A stretch of 63,775 bases of DNA, the filler included, from Olpidium bornovanus S191 (taxonomy: Eukaryota > Fungi > Olpidiomycota): NCBI GenBank assembly GCA_017911155.1. It is 28 parts of 28 records of this genome, joined end to end, with 100 filler letters (N's around TTAATTAATTAA, not from the genome) between each part and the next. Parts side by side here need not be neighbours in the genome. Positions count along the whole stretch, not along the records: positions 1 to 3,808 come from JAEFCI010002579.1; positions 3,909 to 7,519 come from JAEFCI010008763.1; positions 7,620 to 9,099 come from JAEFCI010005742.1; positions 9,200 to 10,748 come from JAEFCI010010627.1; 24 more parts are not named here. The stretch is one strand, 5' to 3'. The first letter of the stretch is position 1, and every line of letters starts with the position of its first letter. Below are positions 1-10,508 of this stretch, piece by piece. The translations under genes and the position numbers were made by a program. The notes below the pieces were generated by a model that was given only the letters and a program-made list of their open reading frames with translations, was not told the DNA's origin and did not search any database.

Positions 1-129
1 AGTTTAGCAGTCTTTTAAACCGCATCGCCATAAAGGTCAATGATTAAGTAGAACCGGGGTGAATCCTCCGCTAAAGCGTGGTCTTTCCGATAAATTACCT
101 TCAAGGCGGCTTGATTCGGGGGATGAAAA

Positions 130-700
130 GAGCCATAACAAATTATTTTTGATTCTTCATGTTGATGCAGGCTGCAGTGCACGTAAAGCGTGTACGCCGT
201 GAGCGACCGGACTGGCAGTAGCGAATTGGCTCAACATGGGCGCAAAAAGCACCCACCAATCACCCAGTGATTGCCAAGATGAATCGGGATCAATACTTTG
301 TCGAACTTAAATATATTACTTTTCTGGAAACAAGATCCGAATCTCACGTTACATATTCGCGACAAACAAGGGCATTCCTGGGCGCCAGCAAACAATCCGC
401 CGAGCCGGGCACTGTACTTTCGTCCAGCACTTAACTTTGTCGTAGCCGTGGTCCTCCAGCAATTTATAAAAAAAAGGTTGAATACAAGTACCCATTGGAA
501 ATCTGGCATCTTCGCCTCGTTTCGCAATTAGCGAGAAGTACTCATTGATTATCTGCCAGGCGCAACACGGCAGCTGTTTAATCGTTGTATGTTCAGCATT
601 CGCTTCGAGCTGACAGTACGAGAGATTTGTACTTTGTCATTGATCCATTGCCCATGCCTTAGAGTGGAATAATCATGCGAAGTAAGTTCCACAGTCCTGG
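130..700 (-). pseudogene. Intron-containing Ulp1/SENP-type (C48) SUMO protease pseudogene
   Basis: Spliced by eye: HDYSTLRHGQWINDK | IINEYFSLIAKRG..[fs]..VFNLFF[fs]YKLLEDHGYDKVKCWTK | KSNIFKFDKVLIPIHLGNHWVI | CINMKNQNNCYGSF. This matches the Ulp1 motifs WLNDEIIN, FNTFFY, GYxxVxRWTK and IPIHxGxHW. Two frameshifts; the catalytic Cys region was not found before the contig edge. Confidence 0.8.
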
Positions 701-775
701 CCCCAACGTCCGTCCCAGCATGGGCAGGAATAGTTCAGCGGCCATTGAGCAGATCCTTGTGTTGCGCATCAAAAG

Positions 776-849
776 TGGGCCGACTGAGGATTGAACTCAG
801 GACCCTCCCTATCCTGGAGGGATGCTCTAACCAACTGAGCTATCTGCCC
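776..849 (-). tRNA. tRNA-like element, copy 1 (anticodon position AGG, Pro); probably pseudogene or SINE-like head
   Basis: Reverse complement GGGCAGATAGCTCAGTTGGTTAGAGCATCCCTCCAGGATAGGGAGGGTCCTGAGTTCAATCCTCAGTCGGCCC-A has D- and T-arms (A/B boxes) and is followed by CTTTT. Acceptor stem has 2 mismatches and position 33 is C, not U. Confidence 0.55.
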
Positions 850-1008
850 TATTTACCAGGTGGCCAGCTCGCCCTGCGAAGCCATTCTAACACCCCCCCT
901 TGAGCCAGGCACCTCAGGCACTGCTGTCAACAGGGCTCGGTCACCCGCACAACCACAATCGGAGGGACGAAGTCACGATCGGGCTCATAACCTGTTACGC
1001 ATCAAAAG

Positions 1009-1082
1009 TGGGTCGACCGAGGATCGAACTCGGGACCTCCCCTATCCCGGAGGGACGCTCTAACCAACTGAGCTATCTGCCC
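1009..1082 (-). tRNA. tRNA-like element, copy 2 (anticodon position GGG); probably pseudogene or SINE-like head
   Basis: Reverse complement GGGCAGATAGCTCAGTTGGTTAGAGCGTCCCTCCGGGATAGGGGAGGTCCCGAGTTCGATCCTCGGTCGACCC-A folds as a cloverleaf and is followed by CTTTT. About 45 bp of upstream flank is shared with copy 1. Confidence 0.6.
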
Positions 1083-1179
1083 TATTCACCAGGTGGCTGG
1101 CTCGCCCTGCGAGGCCATTTCAACACCTTGAGGTGGCCTGGTAGTTTGCATTCAACCGCCTCCATCGTCCTTTTGGCCA

Positions 1180-1976
1180 CTGCAGGGAGGCCCAAATCAT
1201 CAGTGGGAGACCCAAATCATCATTATTCTGCACCTGAGAGGCAGGAAGAGCCACATTGACTGATACACATGCATACATTTGTCGGCCACCGTGTTGCCGA
1301 GTAATTTGCCCGGTAATTTGCTTTCGGCCTTTCCCGTCACTGCATGGAGGTCCTGCTCCTGAGAGGCAAGAAGCGCGACATCGGTGGCTTCCACAGGAGT
1401 ATGTTTGTCGACCGCTAAGATGCCGCGTAGCTTGCCGTCACTCTTCTATTTCGCATCTGCCACTGCGGGGAGGCCCGGCTGGCCCGGCTCCTGCTCCGGA
1501 AAGGCGGGCAGAGCAACGTCGACCGCTTCCACGTGCACATGTCCGCCGAACGTCGTGATGAACCCGTCCTCGTCCTGTTTATCCGGTCCCGGGTCCTGAA
1601 AGACAGGAAGGGCAGCATTGGCTACTTCCCCAGCCATGCATTGTTTGCCCGCCGAAATTCCGAACTCATCCTTCGCCCTCTCTTCGTCATTCACAGCAGG
1701 GAGGACCGGGTGACCATTTCCCTGGCCCTGAGAGGCAGGAGACATTACATTGGCGGCTTCCGCAAACATACAACCGTCGGGCCAGCTGCCGGGCGGACTG
1801 CCTGGCGGACTGCCGTTGTGATTAAAGGCAACATCAGCTACTTCCACACGCGTTGATTTGTCAGCCATCGAGACGAAGGCCATTCCCGGATATGTCCCCG
1901 GTGGTACGGTCACATATTCTGCTTCCGCAAGCTCCCGTTCATTGCCCGCCGATATACCGAGATTCATGGCGGACAT
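1180..1976 (-). repeat. Degenerate coding-type repeat (core about EAxDVALPASQ, unit about 100-135 bp)
   Basis: ORFs 1446..1976 and 1200..1394 repeat EVADVAF, EAANVMSPASQ, EVANAALPVFQ, EAVDVALPAFP and EATDVALLASQ, plus ADK and GISAG motifs. The DNA core ctgagaggcaggaag recurs near 1234, 1359, 1596 and 1729. Confidence 0.6.
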
Positions 1977-3239
1977 TCCCGGCTAGGGTTGAAAGGTGGG
2001 ATGGGGACGTCAACATGACAAGCCGGATAAAATTCGGTCAAAAGACGACGGTCGCGCGCGCCTTCTGCATAAAACACACGTTTCTTTCGTCGGCCCAGTA
2101 ACGTCGGGGAACATTCTGTGGGCCAGTGGGAAAAACGCCGCGCGTTGCGGAGCGAAAAGGTTAGAACAGCGTCAAGCAGCCAAAATTGCCCCGCACTAGC
2201 GTTGGTTTATTAGCACGACTTTATGGTACCTCGTTCGGGGGAACGAATGGGTTTACGGTACGGCACTTGTCAGAGGGACTGGCGAACATCTTGTGATATT
2301 TCGAAAACTCCTCCTTACTCCACGTAGATTGGCCCAAATCTTTATTTACAGCTCCGAGGGGGTTCCGCGCCTTCTGGGCCTTACGCCGCCCCCGCCGGCA
2401 GGCGGACCGCGATAACCCCTGCTTGGGCTTCTTCAGATGGTTGAGCTCCTCTTCGGCGAACAGCTGGCGTTTCAACAAGCAATCGGACAAATTCGCGCCG
2501 GCCTTCGCCGGTTCTCCGGAAACGCCGTGGCGGTCGGGTCCGCTGGAAATGTCGTCGGACGCGTGTTTGCGCTTCTGCGGCTGATGACCGTCGACGTCGG
2601 CTCGGGGCCGGGCTAAAACACGGCAATTCACCTGCGTTTTTGGTGTTTTTATCCGTCCACACGCGCTTCCGTCAAAAAACAAGTCCGCGTTTCTGCGGTG
2701 TTTTGATCCGCCGCGCGTCCGCTCCCCCGCCTCACCCTCCCCCCATTCCCCTCTTCCTTCCTGGTCGTGCCCGAATTTCAACGGGCGCTCGCCCCCACTT
2801 CGGCCCACACGCGTCCGGTTCATACCTGATCGCGAAACGGTCGCGCACCGCTTCCACAAACCTTGCTGGCCTCCTGCGTTCTCGGCGGTTCGGGATGCGC
2901 GCCGTATACGATCCGGTGTCCGGGAGGATTCCTGTCGCGCGGGAACTCATTGAACCGGCAGCCCTCCGCCGTTTGGGCGCGCCGGGCCACGGTCGCGCCG
3001 CGCCTCTGCGGCCGGCGAGCGCCCGCCGGCCGGGGCGAGGGGTGACCGCCGACGGGTTTGCCGCGACCCGAGGTGGGGTACGCGGGGGCCGCGCGATCCT
3101 GCTTCCTCCCGGCGCCGTCGCCCCTCCCGCCGCTCGTCGCCCTCGCCTAGTCCAAGCGCGTCAGCGCCGGGATCCGCTGCGCTGCACGTTTTGTTTTTGA
3201 GGTTTGCTATCCGGCGCACCGGGAGGATGTTTTGAAAGG

Positions 3240-3560
3240 CCCAACTGGCAAGGACTTGTTTCACCCCCAGCGTGAACATTCCCTTCCTAATCAATGTCAG
3301 GATATTCGGGGTCAAACCTAAATCGCATGTTTTCGTCAAGGTAAACGACTTTGAGAATCGACATGTACAGCGTGTGACCGCTGGGGGCAGGTCCTTTGAG
3401 CACTTGACCGTTACTATCAACTGATCTGTAAAGGGGCGTGGCCATCACTGGAGATAACTGCATGTGGTCTCCTGTAAACAGGCAGGCAATCCGCGGGCTG
3501 GCATAGATGGAGTGCAGGTGCAGGAGCCATCTGGGCACAAGGGCCAACACACGGTTGTGG
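3240..3560 (-). mobile_element. Pif1/Helitron-type SF1 helicase relic (frameshifted)
   Basis: LFTGDHMQLSPVMATPLY...SGHTLYMSILKVVYLDENMRFRFDPEY[fs]LTLIRKG resembles the Pif1 motifs GDxxQLPPV and VxLxENMRxxxDPxYxxLLxxIRxG. Confidence 0.65.
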
Positions 3561-5007
3561 TACACCCTGATGACTGGCCAGTTGTGGTGGTAGAACGGAT
3601 ACGTTGCGGCTTGTTGTGAAAATGAGAAGGGAGCAGGCACAATAACCGGTGGAGGGACGGCGGTGGTGGCGGGAAACAGGGCGGTTGACTCGGTTGGTGT
3701 CCTTGTCGGCCTTCAGATGAACCGGAGCAGGTCTCTGCCTGAGACTGATGTATGAAGTGCGGGAACTGTGGGCATCTTTCCATCTCGCGAAGGGTGTACG
3801 GACCATGANNNNNNNNNNNNNNNNNNNNNNNNNNNNNNNNNNNNNNNNNNNNTTAATTAATTAANNNNNNNNNNNNNNNNNNNNNNNNNNNNNNNNNNNN
3901 NNNNNNNNCATGCTTCCTCCATTAAGACTTGAGAGGACGGACTAGGTGGCGTCTGAAGGATATCAGATGGTAATTCTGAGTACCGTTACTACCTCTTCGC
4001 CAGCAAACGCACAAGGGATAATCGGTTGCCCAGAACCCCCTGAAGGATTCACAGGGGGAACACTACTAAATTGCCGAAGGCGGCGCCAAAACTACGGGGG
4101 ACGCAAGGACTTTGTTCCAGAGAAGTTGAAACAACGAGACAAGGTGGAATGACGACGACCGGAAGTCTCGTCAGGTAGATGAGCAGGTGGATGCAAAGGT
4201 AAATGTGCGCCGGATACAACGCAGAATTGTAAGGGGAGATTGCCGCACAATTGAGGATGGATTGGGACGAGGTTGCTGCCGATTGTGGCGAAGGCGGATG
4301 CGGGATGCCCGGATGCGCGAAGGAGGATGCGAAGGCGGATGGCGAAGGCAGGGGGTACGCAGAGCTCGATGCCTAAAAGCTGACGGGAAAGATGCGCGAA
4401 AGCGGACGCGAAGGATACGTGAAGGCAGAGACGGGCACAGCATTGACACAGGTATCGCCGGAGGATTGCGTCTGGACGAGACGGCGGCTGCGAACGAGAC
4501 GGGCAGAAATGGGGGGTGAGATCTTGAAGGCGTGACCGCGGATGCGAAGGTTGCTTACGAAGGGACGACAAAGCGTATTGCGCAGGCAGTTTGCGAGGGG
4601 AGGTGCGAGGGCAGATTACGAGGGCAGACGGGAACGCGGACGCGAAAGCGATGAAAAGGCAGATGGGAAGGCGGATGCGGAGGCGGGTGGAGATGCAGCT
4701 TACGCAAAGGCGGACGGCTTGAAAGGACTTGCCAAAAAGCCGCGCCTTCTTCAGTTGATGTAGACGAAGTCGAGGCGTCGGAAATAAATCAGAAGGACAC
4801 CCCCACTTTGAGGAATCTTGTGCAACAAACTGCCGAGGCAGGACCACTTTCAGGAGGTACCATCGCGGAGGATGGCGCGACCGGTGGGTCCCCCTGACAG
4901 TCGCCTCAGCCAGGCCTTAGTGAAGTTATCTCGCGAGGGCAAAAGAGAGTGAGTAATGATCATCTACTTGAAGCTCCAAATGGAGTGCTCCATTTTACTG
5001 TTTGTAT

Positions 5008-5157
5008 GCTCGAAATTCGCAGGATTCGCAAGCTCGCAGGATTTGCACGATTTGAAGATTAGCGAGATTCGCAGATTTGGGGAATTCGCAATTTGGGGGA
5101 ATTCGCAGGTTTGGGGAATTCGCAGATTCAGATTTACTGACTGGAACGTAACCCCTG
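5008..5157. repeat. Clustered (GA)ATTCGCA repeats ending in a CAGGGGTTACG-type terminus; possible DNA transposon end
   Basis: About 7 copies of attcgca/ttcgca spaced 10-22 bp apart, ending in cgtaacccctg at 5147-5157 (reverse complement CAGGGGTTACG). No partner TIR with a TSD was found. Confidence 0.35.
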
Positions 5158-5701
5158 GCGTTATCTCTGAGAAAGCGAAGCTCACCGACGTGTAACAAAT
5201 CCTTTGACCGTGTGAGACAGGGTGCTGAAGATTCTACCAGCCGGCGTCTTCTCGGCCCGCGCAGTGCGCGGATTGATTTGGTCGGCACGCGGCATACTTG
5301 ACTTGCGTGAGACAACGTCAATTTTTTGCATTGATCTCAAACGGTCTCAAACGGTTCTTTTGAACCGGTTTGTTTCTGCGCGCCTTTCTCCCACTACGGG
5401 CACTCGGCCACCTCCGGCGATTTCTTCAAGCAGACGCCTGCAACACCGCTTCCCTTCACAACAGCCTGAATTGTTGTGGTTCTCTGCGGCCACCCGGCGG
5501 CTTTCCTGCTCTCTACGTCTGCGAAGCTCAACCGCGCCGTGGATCTGCTCTCGGAGGAGCGTCCCGGCAACGATTCCAAAAGCAGGTTCGCCGCAGGAGG
5601 TCACGTGATCCGCCGGCTCTGCCCTGGCGTTCAAGACAGACACGCTCCCACCAGCGGCGCGCGCCCGCATCCTCCAGCAACAACCCGCCGGCCGCCATGC
5701 G

Positions 5702-6110
5702 ATGACCGCTGCCTCGAGAAAGCGCGAGCCGAGCAGCGACGACGACAGCGAGAGGCGCCGCCAGAGGAGGAACACTTGTCAGAATATCCTGACCTTTTCC
5801 GGGGGGAGCAGGCTCTGGAGGACGGCGAGCGCGGGAAGGACGAGGGCAGGAGGGCGACGGGGCCGAGCTCGAGGCGCGCACGAATCGGACGCGGAGGCGA
5901 GGGCCGTAGCCGCGGTAGCCGAAGCCGTCTCAATAACGGCCGCGGAGGGCGCCGCGGCGGCGGGTGAAGCGGCCAAAGCAGGAGGCGGAGGAGGAGGAAG
6001 AGGGGGAAGGGGGAGAAGAGGGAACACCGGCGGCAACATGTTCCGGAGGCAGAGCGCGGCGACCCAGGCCTCTTCTCCGACGAACTCGTCGGGGACGACG
6101 GTGTCGTCGG

Positions 6111-6144
<34 letters not shown>

Positions 6145-7519
6145 AACGCCGTCGGGACCGGCGCCGGCAGGGAACCAGCAGCACTCGCCGCTGATGCCGG
6201 CACCGTCGGCTCCGCCGTCGGTCGGAGCAGCAGCGAGGCTCACGGAGTTGTCGTCCCAGTCGTCGTCGAGTTTATCCGCACAAATCGTGTACTGGGACGA
6301 CAAGAACGACCCGATACCTTCCGAGATCCGGAAGCTTACCCCGGCGGAGGAAGGTGCTTATATATCGTTCGAAAACTGATTCCGTGGAAATGGAGTACGC
6401 GCCCTGCCTCTTCCCGTCCCCGGGAACTCACTCCCACCCGACGCGCCCGCCCCCCCAGACGTCGCGATAAGACACAAGCTCTCTGTTGACGAGCGGAAGC
6501 TACTGTCGCTTTCGAAAAAGTTCTGGGATTTCATCCTCGCAATCAAGGAGGGGGCAAAGGCCGGATCGGCGTACGTGCGGAAAATCACGCGGTCTGCGTG
6601 ACCCGACGTGTCCTAGTAGTCGAGCGTTTGCCCGGAGCTTACGGACCATTCCGTTTCTAATCTTGGGCGTCAAACTCGTCCGCTCCTGCTTCTCCTGCAT
6701 AATTCGGGACGCCGCAATTTTGCGTCGGCGGCAAAAAAAAAAGGCGGCTAAAGCTACTGGAATTCATTTCCGAGGTCGAGCATTACGAGCTAGCCTTGAC
6801 TAGGTTTGAGCTGCACAACCGGTCGAACGAGGCAGAGGTCCTGCACTACCAGAACGAGAAGAGGCTACTCGGTGGGTGCCGCTCCGTTCCCATCCCAAGT
6901 CAAGTTTTGCTCTGCTCTGCCCACGGTTTCCGACGCGCGGGAATTCCCCGCTACGGCAAGTGAGCTGCGGTGGATCCTTTGCTGACACGCCAGAGTCCGG
7001 CGCGGCCCTCTCGCTTGGTACGCAGAGGCCGAGATTATTGAGGCTGGGAAGGAGATTGAGGTGCTGCGAGCACGGCTTGAAGAGGCTTCGAAGGAACGGG
7101 AAAACAGGATAGAGTATGACAAAGAAACGAACAACATTAATAAGTACCCGTCAAGAGCGGACTCCAAAAAGTGGGTCTTGGTCGTGTGAAGGGGAAGGGA
7201 AGCGGGGTAGGGGCACTCTCGGCGGAAATAGCAGGAGTGTTTGTTGCGAGGCTTGAACGGGATTTTGCCACAAGCAGCGCGCTCCGCCTAGTGTCTCTCG
7301 TCGCCACGCGGCTATTTCTTCGTCTCACTTCAACGATGCCGTTCTTCGTCAACATTTCACACCCCACCCCTTTCCCCTTCCCCACTTCGCCCCCGGCTCC
7401 CCCCCCCTCCTCGTCGCGGACCGTCGCATCCAGCACGATCGCCGCTCTGCAGGCTGACAACGCCAATTTGCGCGCGGAGCAGGAAAAGCTGAACGCGCTG
7501 CTGGAGCTGCGCGCCCAGC
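5702..7519 (+). CDS. THOC7: THO complex subunit 7 (THOC7/Mft1 family), spliced, 3' partial; start uncertain
   Basis: Exons joined at GT-AG sites (e.g. intron 6354-6458) give LTPAEEDVAIRHKLSVDERKLLSLSKKFWDFILAI...AEIIEAGKEIEVLRARLEEASKERENRIEYDKETNNINKYPSRADSK...IAALQADNANLRAEQEKLNALLELRAQ. This matches the THOC7 pattern (R-N-R-x-EYD, P-S/D-R, C-terminal LELR). Confidence 0.75.
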
Positions 7520-8208
7520 NNNNNNNNNNNNNNNNNNNNNNNNNNNNNNNNNNNNNNNNNNNNTTAATTAATTAANNNNNNNNNNNNNNNNNNNNNNNNN
7601 NNNNNNNNNNNNNNNNNNNATCCGTCGAAATCTCCCGACCGATAAAATGGGGTGTGTTGGGGCGTTCGGAGGAAATTCGGCGTCGACAACCAGGTCGTCT
7701 ACCAAACGACCAACGAAGCCCGATGCGAGAAGCATCATGTTGTCAACCAACGGCTCGTAATGCAAATCAAGGCCCAACCGATCGCAACACTGAGTGACCG
7801 AAGGGAGAAAAAAAAAAATTGCAGGCTCGTCCCGCAGAAGCGCCAAGACTTTTGTGCGAACAGCCAAAGATTTGCGCCAAGGCGGCGGCGGCGCTCCGTT
7901 GCAAAAAGAGCATGCTGAAATTTAGTCAAGCGGTCCCGCGCTTTGATAACGCCACTAGAACTGAAGAAATTCGATGATGCGACAACGGTCGGTAAAGCGC
8001 TTTTCCCAGGTTGTTCCGTCAACGGTTCGTCAACCGGGCCCGAGCGCAGCGTTATAATGTGCGTCTTTGAACCAGAGGTCAGGTGCAGTCGGCTGAGCAG
8101 GGATAACTGGAATCGGCACGACAATTGGTGTTATTGCGAGCGGGAAAGGTTTAGAAGAAGAGCAAAAGAAGGCGATCTGATTTCAAAATGACGCTTATCA
8201 CGGGCATT

Positions 8209-8305
8209 GCACGCGCGGAACCAACGAGACACTTCGAAGCACGCGCGGAGCCAACGAGACCTTTCGAAGCACGCGCGGAGCCAACGAGACCTTCGAAGGA
8301 CGCGA
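8209..8305. repeat. 30-bp minisatellite, about 3.2 copies
   Basis: Unit gcacgcgcggagccaacgagacctttcgaa starts at 8209, 8239 and 8269. Confidence 0.9.
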
Positions 8306-9229
8306 TGGAGGCTAATCGGCCGGACCGCGAGCGCGGATCGGCGAGCGCAAACGAGCGAGAGTCCAAAACACCAGCGCGAAAGGGGCATCGGCCAACGTAG
8401 ACCGCAAATTATCCGAGAGCCGCGGGCATCCATACCCTGGAAGGGAAATAAATGCTCGCTTAGCGGAAGAAGCGAGGGGCCGGGCCCGGCGGGGGCATCC
8501 GCCGGACGAGAGGACCTGCGCGCGACGCGGTCGGGCCGCGATGCGGAGTGTCAGGAAGTGTGCGATGGTAGTAATTCCAGTTGTGAACAGCTCGGGACGA
8601 TGCTTAGACGAAATCGATGTGTTGGTTCCGCGTGACATGAAAACTTTTTTGGGCAATATGTGGTCAGAAACATCGAAATGCACAATCAATTGTGTTGTTT
8701 CTGTTTGCGCATCTCTGCCTCCGCTTCTCCTTCCCTCCAGCGCCCTCGCGTGAGCCGCGCGTTTTGTCTTCGGGTAGCCCGGGTTGGGGGTGGGGCGCAG
8801 GAGGGCAGTCGGTTAACAAGTTTCGAAACGCTTCTTCCCTGTAATCCAACCGATTTCTCAACCACACGAAGAAAAAGAATTCGGGGAGAGAGGGAGCGCA
8901 ACAGCCCACCCGCGCGCGCAGAAGAGAAACCGCGGGTCGCGCAGAAGGGGCCGCCCGCCGCGTGAAGGCGCGAGACGCCGTAAAACAAGAACGCCATCCA
9001 GTCGTGGCAATCGTTCGACCCTATTCTGCTGTAACGTCCAAGCGAGAGCCCTATGCCTTTGCAGGAGCATGGCGAACGCTCAGCAAGAATATCAGGTGGN
9101 NNNNNNNNNNNNNNNNNNNNNNNNNNNNNNNNNNNNNNNNNNNTTAATTAATTAANNNNNNNNNNNNNNNNNNNNNNNNNNNNNNNNNNNNNNNNNNNNC
9201 ATGATCAGTCCCCAGCAAAATATCTAAGT

Positions 9230-9565
9230 GAAGTCGGAAGCTCGTAGATGCCATTGTTATAACTCCAGCGGAGACATTTCACATCGGGAGTTCCCGCCGT
9301 ATCGAAACCGGATGTCATCCCAGTGCAATGCGCTGCAACGGCAACCAAAGCAATGTACATTGCTTCCATACTTTGCGGTCTGTGGAATATTTCTGAGAAG
9401 TCGGAAGCTCGTAGATGCCATTGTCATAACTCCAGCGGAGCCTTCCACATCGGAAGTTCCCGCCGTATCGAAATCAAATCAAAAAATCCCAGTGCAATGC
9501 GCTGCCACGGCAACCAAAGCAATGTGCATTGCTTCCATACTTTGCGATCTGTGGGGTATTTCTGA
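9230..9565. repeat. Tandem duplication of an about 167-bp unit containing an 18-bp palindrome
   Basis: Copies start at 9230 and 9397 (gaagtcggaagctcgtagatgcc...atttctga). Copy 1 has the perfect palindrome AAGCAATGTACATTGCTT at 9348-9365; copy 2 has one substitution. Confidence 0.9.
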
Positions 9566-9595
9566 AATCGTCGCTACTCGCACTAAATTACCTAC

Positions 9596-10382
9596 CTTCG
9601 TCGTTACTAGATAAGTGACATACGGCTCCTTGTCGTCGTGTTTTTGCGGGTCGCTCACGGAGAACACCATTGCGTTGTCCTTCGGCGCGCCAAACGTGGT
9701 GAACGACGTCCGCTTGGTGTCTTCTTGAGCGGCCTTGAGAGGTAGCGGCGGGGAGGCCACGATAACCGAGTAAGAAGATGCTGAGGGCGGTACGGACTCG
9801 GCTTCCTCCCTGTTCTGATGGAGGGAAGTCGGATTGCAATAATTCAAGTACATATGCCGAGGAATAAAGTTTACGTGCACGTAATCGGCGTTAGACGTCG
9901 GTATACTGCGTGGGCTGGACCGGACGGAGGATTTCGCATAGGGAGCATAGCACAGTTTGGCGAGCAGGATCCGAAGCGCGGTCGCAAATATCCAGGCTGT
10001 AGGACCGGGGGAAGGCCGCCCTTCCAAAGTGTCCAAACTCGGCGCTTTTCGGAGGCGCCTCCAGAATCATCCGCGACTGAGGATGTGCGCTGTGCTCGCC
10101 GCTGGTGAGGGCGGAGAGGAGTGGTGTGGAGTGCGTTGCGGAGCGGGACGGCTGCGACGCGAGGCGGCGTCGCATCAACCGGCACGCGGCGTGAGCGAGG
10201 TCGCTACTCACAAGAATTCCATGGTTTTCACCAGTCCCGCGCGCGAGGTCGTCCAGCGACCTCTTCGATCCCGCCTCCGCCTGGGGGAAGGTCGAGCGCA
10301 CGTGCTGGAATGGGTTCGGGTGCTGGACGGCCGCGGCGCCGGTGTCCCAGGCCACGGCGTTGAAGTCGTCGCCATCGTCCAT
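9596..10382 (-). CDS. SNX4: Sorting nexin-4 / Atg24, N-terminal part up to the start of the PX domain
   Basis: MDDGDDFNAVAWDT N-terminus and VFSVSDPQKHDDKEPYVTYLVTTK (PX beta-1/2), followed by a GT donor at 9595. Confidence 0.75.
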
Positions 10383-10498
10383 GAAGGGCAGGCAACACGC
10401 CGGCTTCTGGTGCTGGTGGCCGTTCTGAGCTTGGCGCGCCACTTCATCTCTCAAAAAATCTCCTCGTCCCGGACGGTGTTGCAGGAGCAGGCGCTTTA

Positions 10499-10508
10499 GT
10501 CACGTGAC
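10499..10508. promoter_or_regulatory. Palindromic E-box GTCACGTGAC (Cbf1/CLEAR-type bHLH site) upstream of SNX4
   Basis: Perfect 10-bp palindrome about 115 bp upstream of the SNX4 ATG. The same RTCACGTGAY also occurs at 5600, 14564, 25990, 26046 and 49137. Confidence 0.5.

Noticed and set aside
776-1082. Calling the tRNA-like copies functional tRNA-Pro genes
   Set aside because: They have C33, two acceptor-stem mismatches and CpG decay, and the AGG anticodon of copy 1 looks like a deamination product of GGG.
4349-5157. cagggggtacg (4349) and cgtaacccctg (5147-5157) as a TIR pair
   Set aside because: They match at 10 of 11 positions, but the flanks (ggcgaagg versus gcgttatc) give no target-site duplication and the left side has no subterminal repeats.
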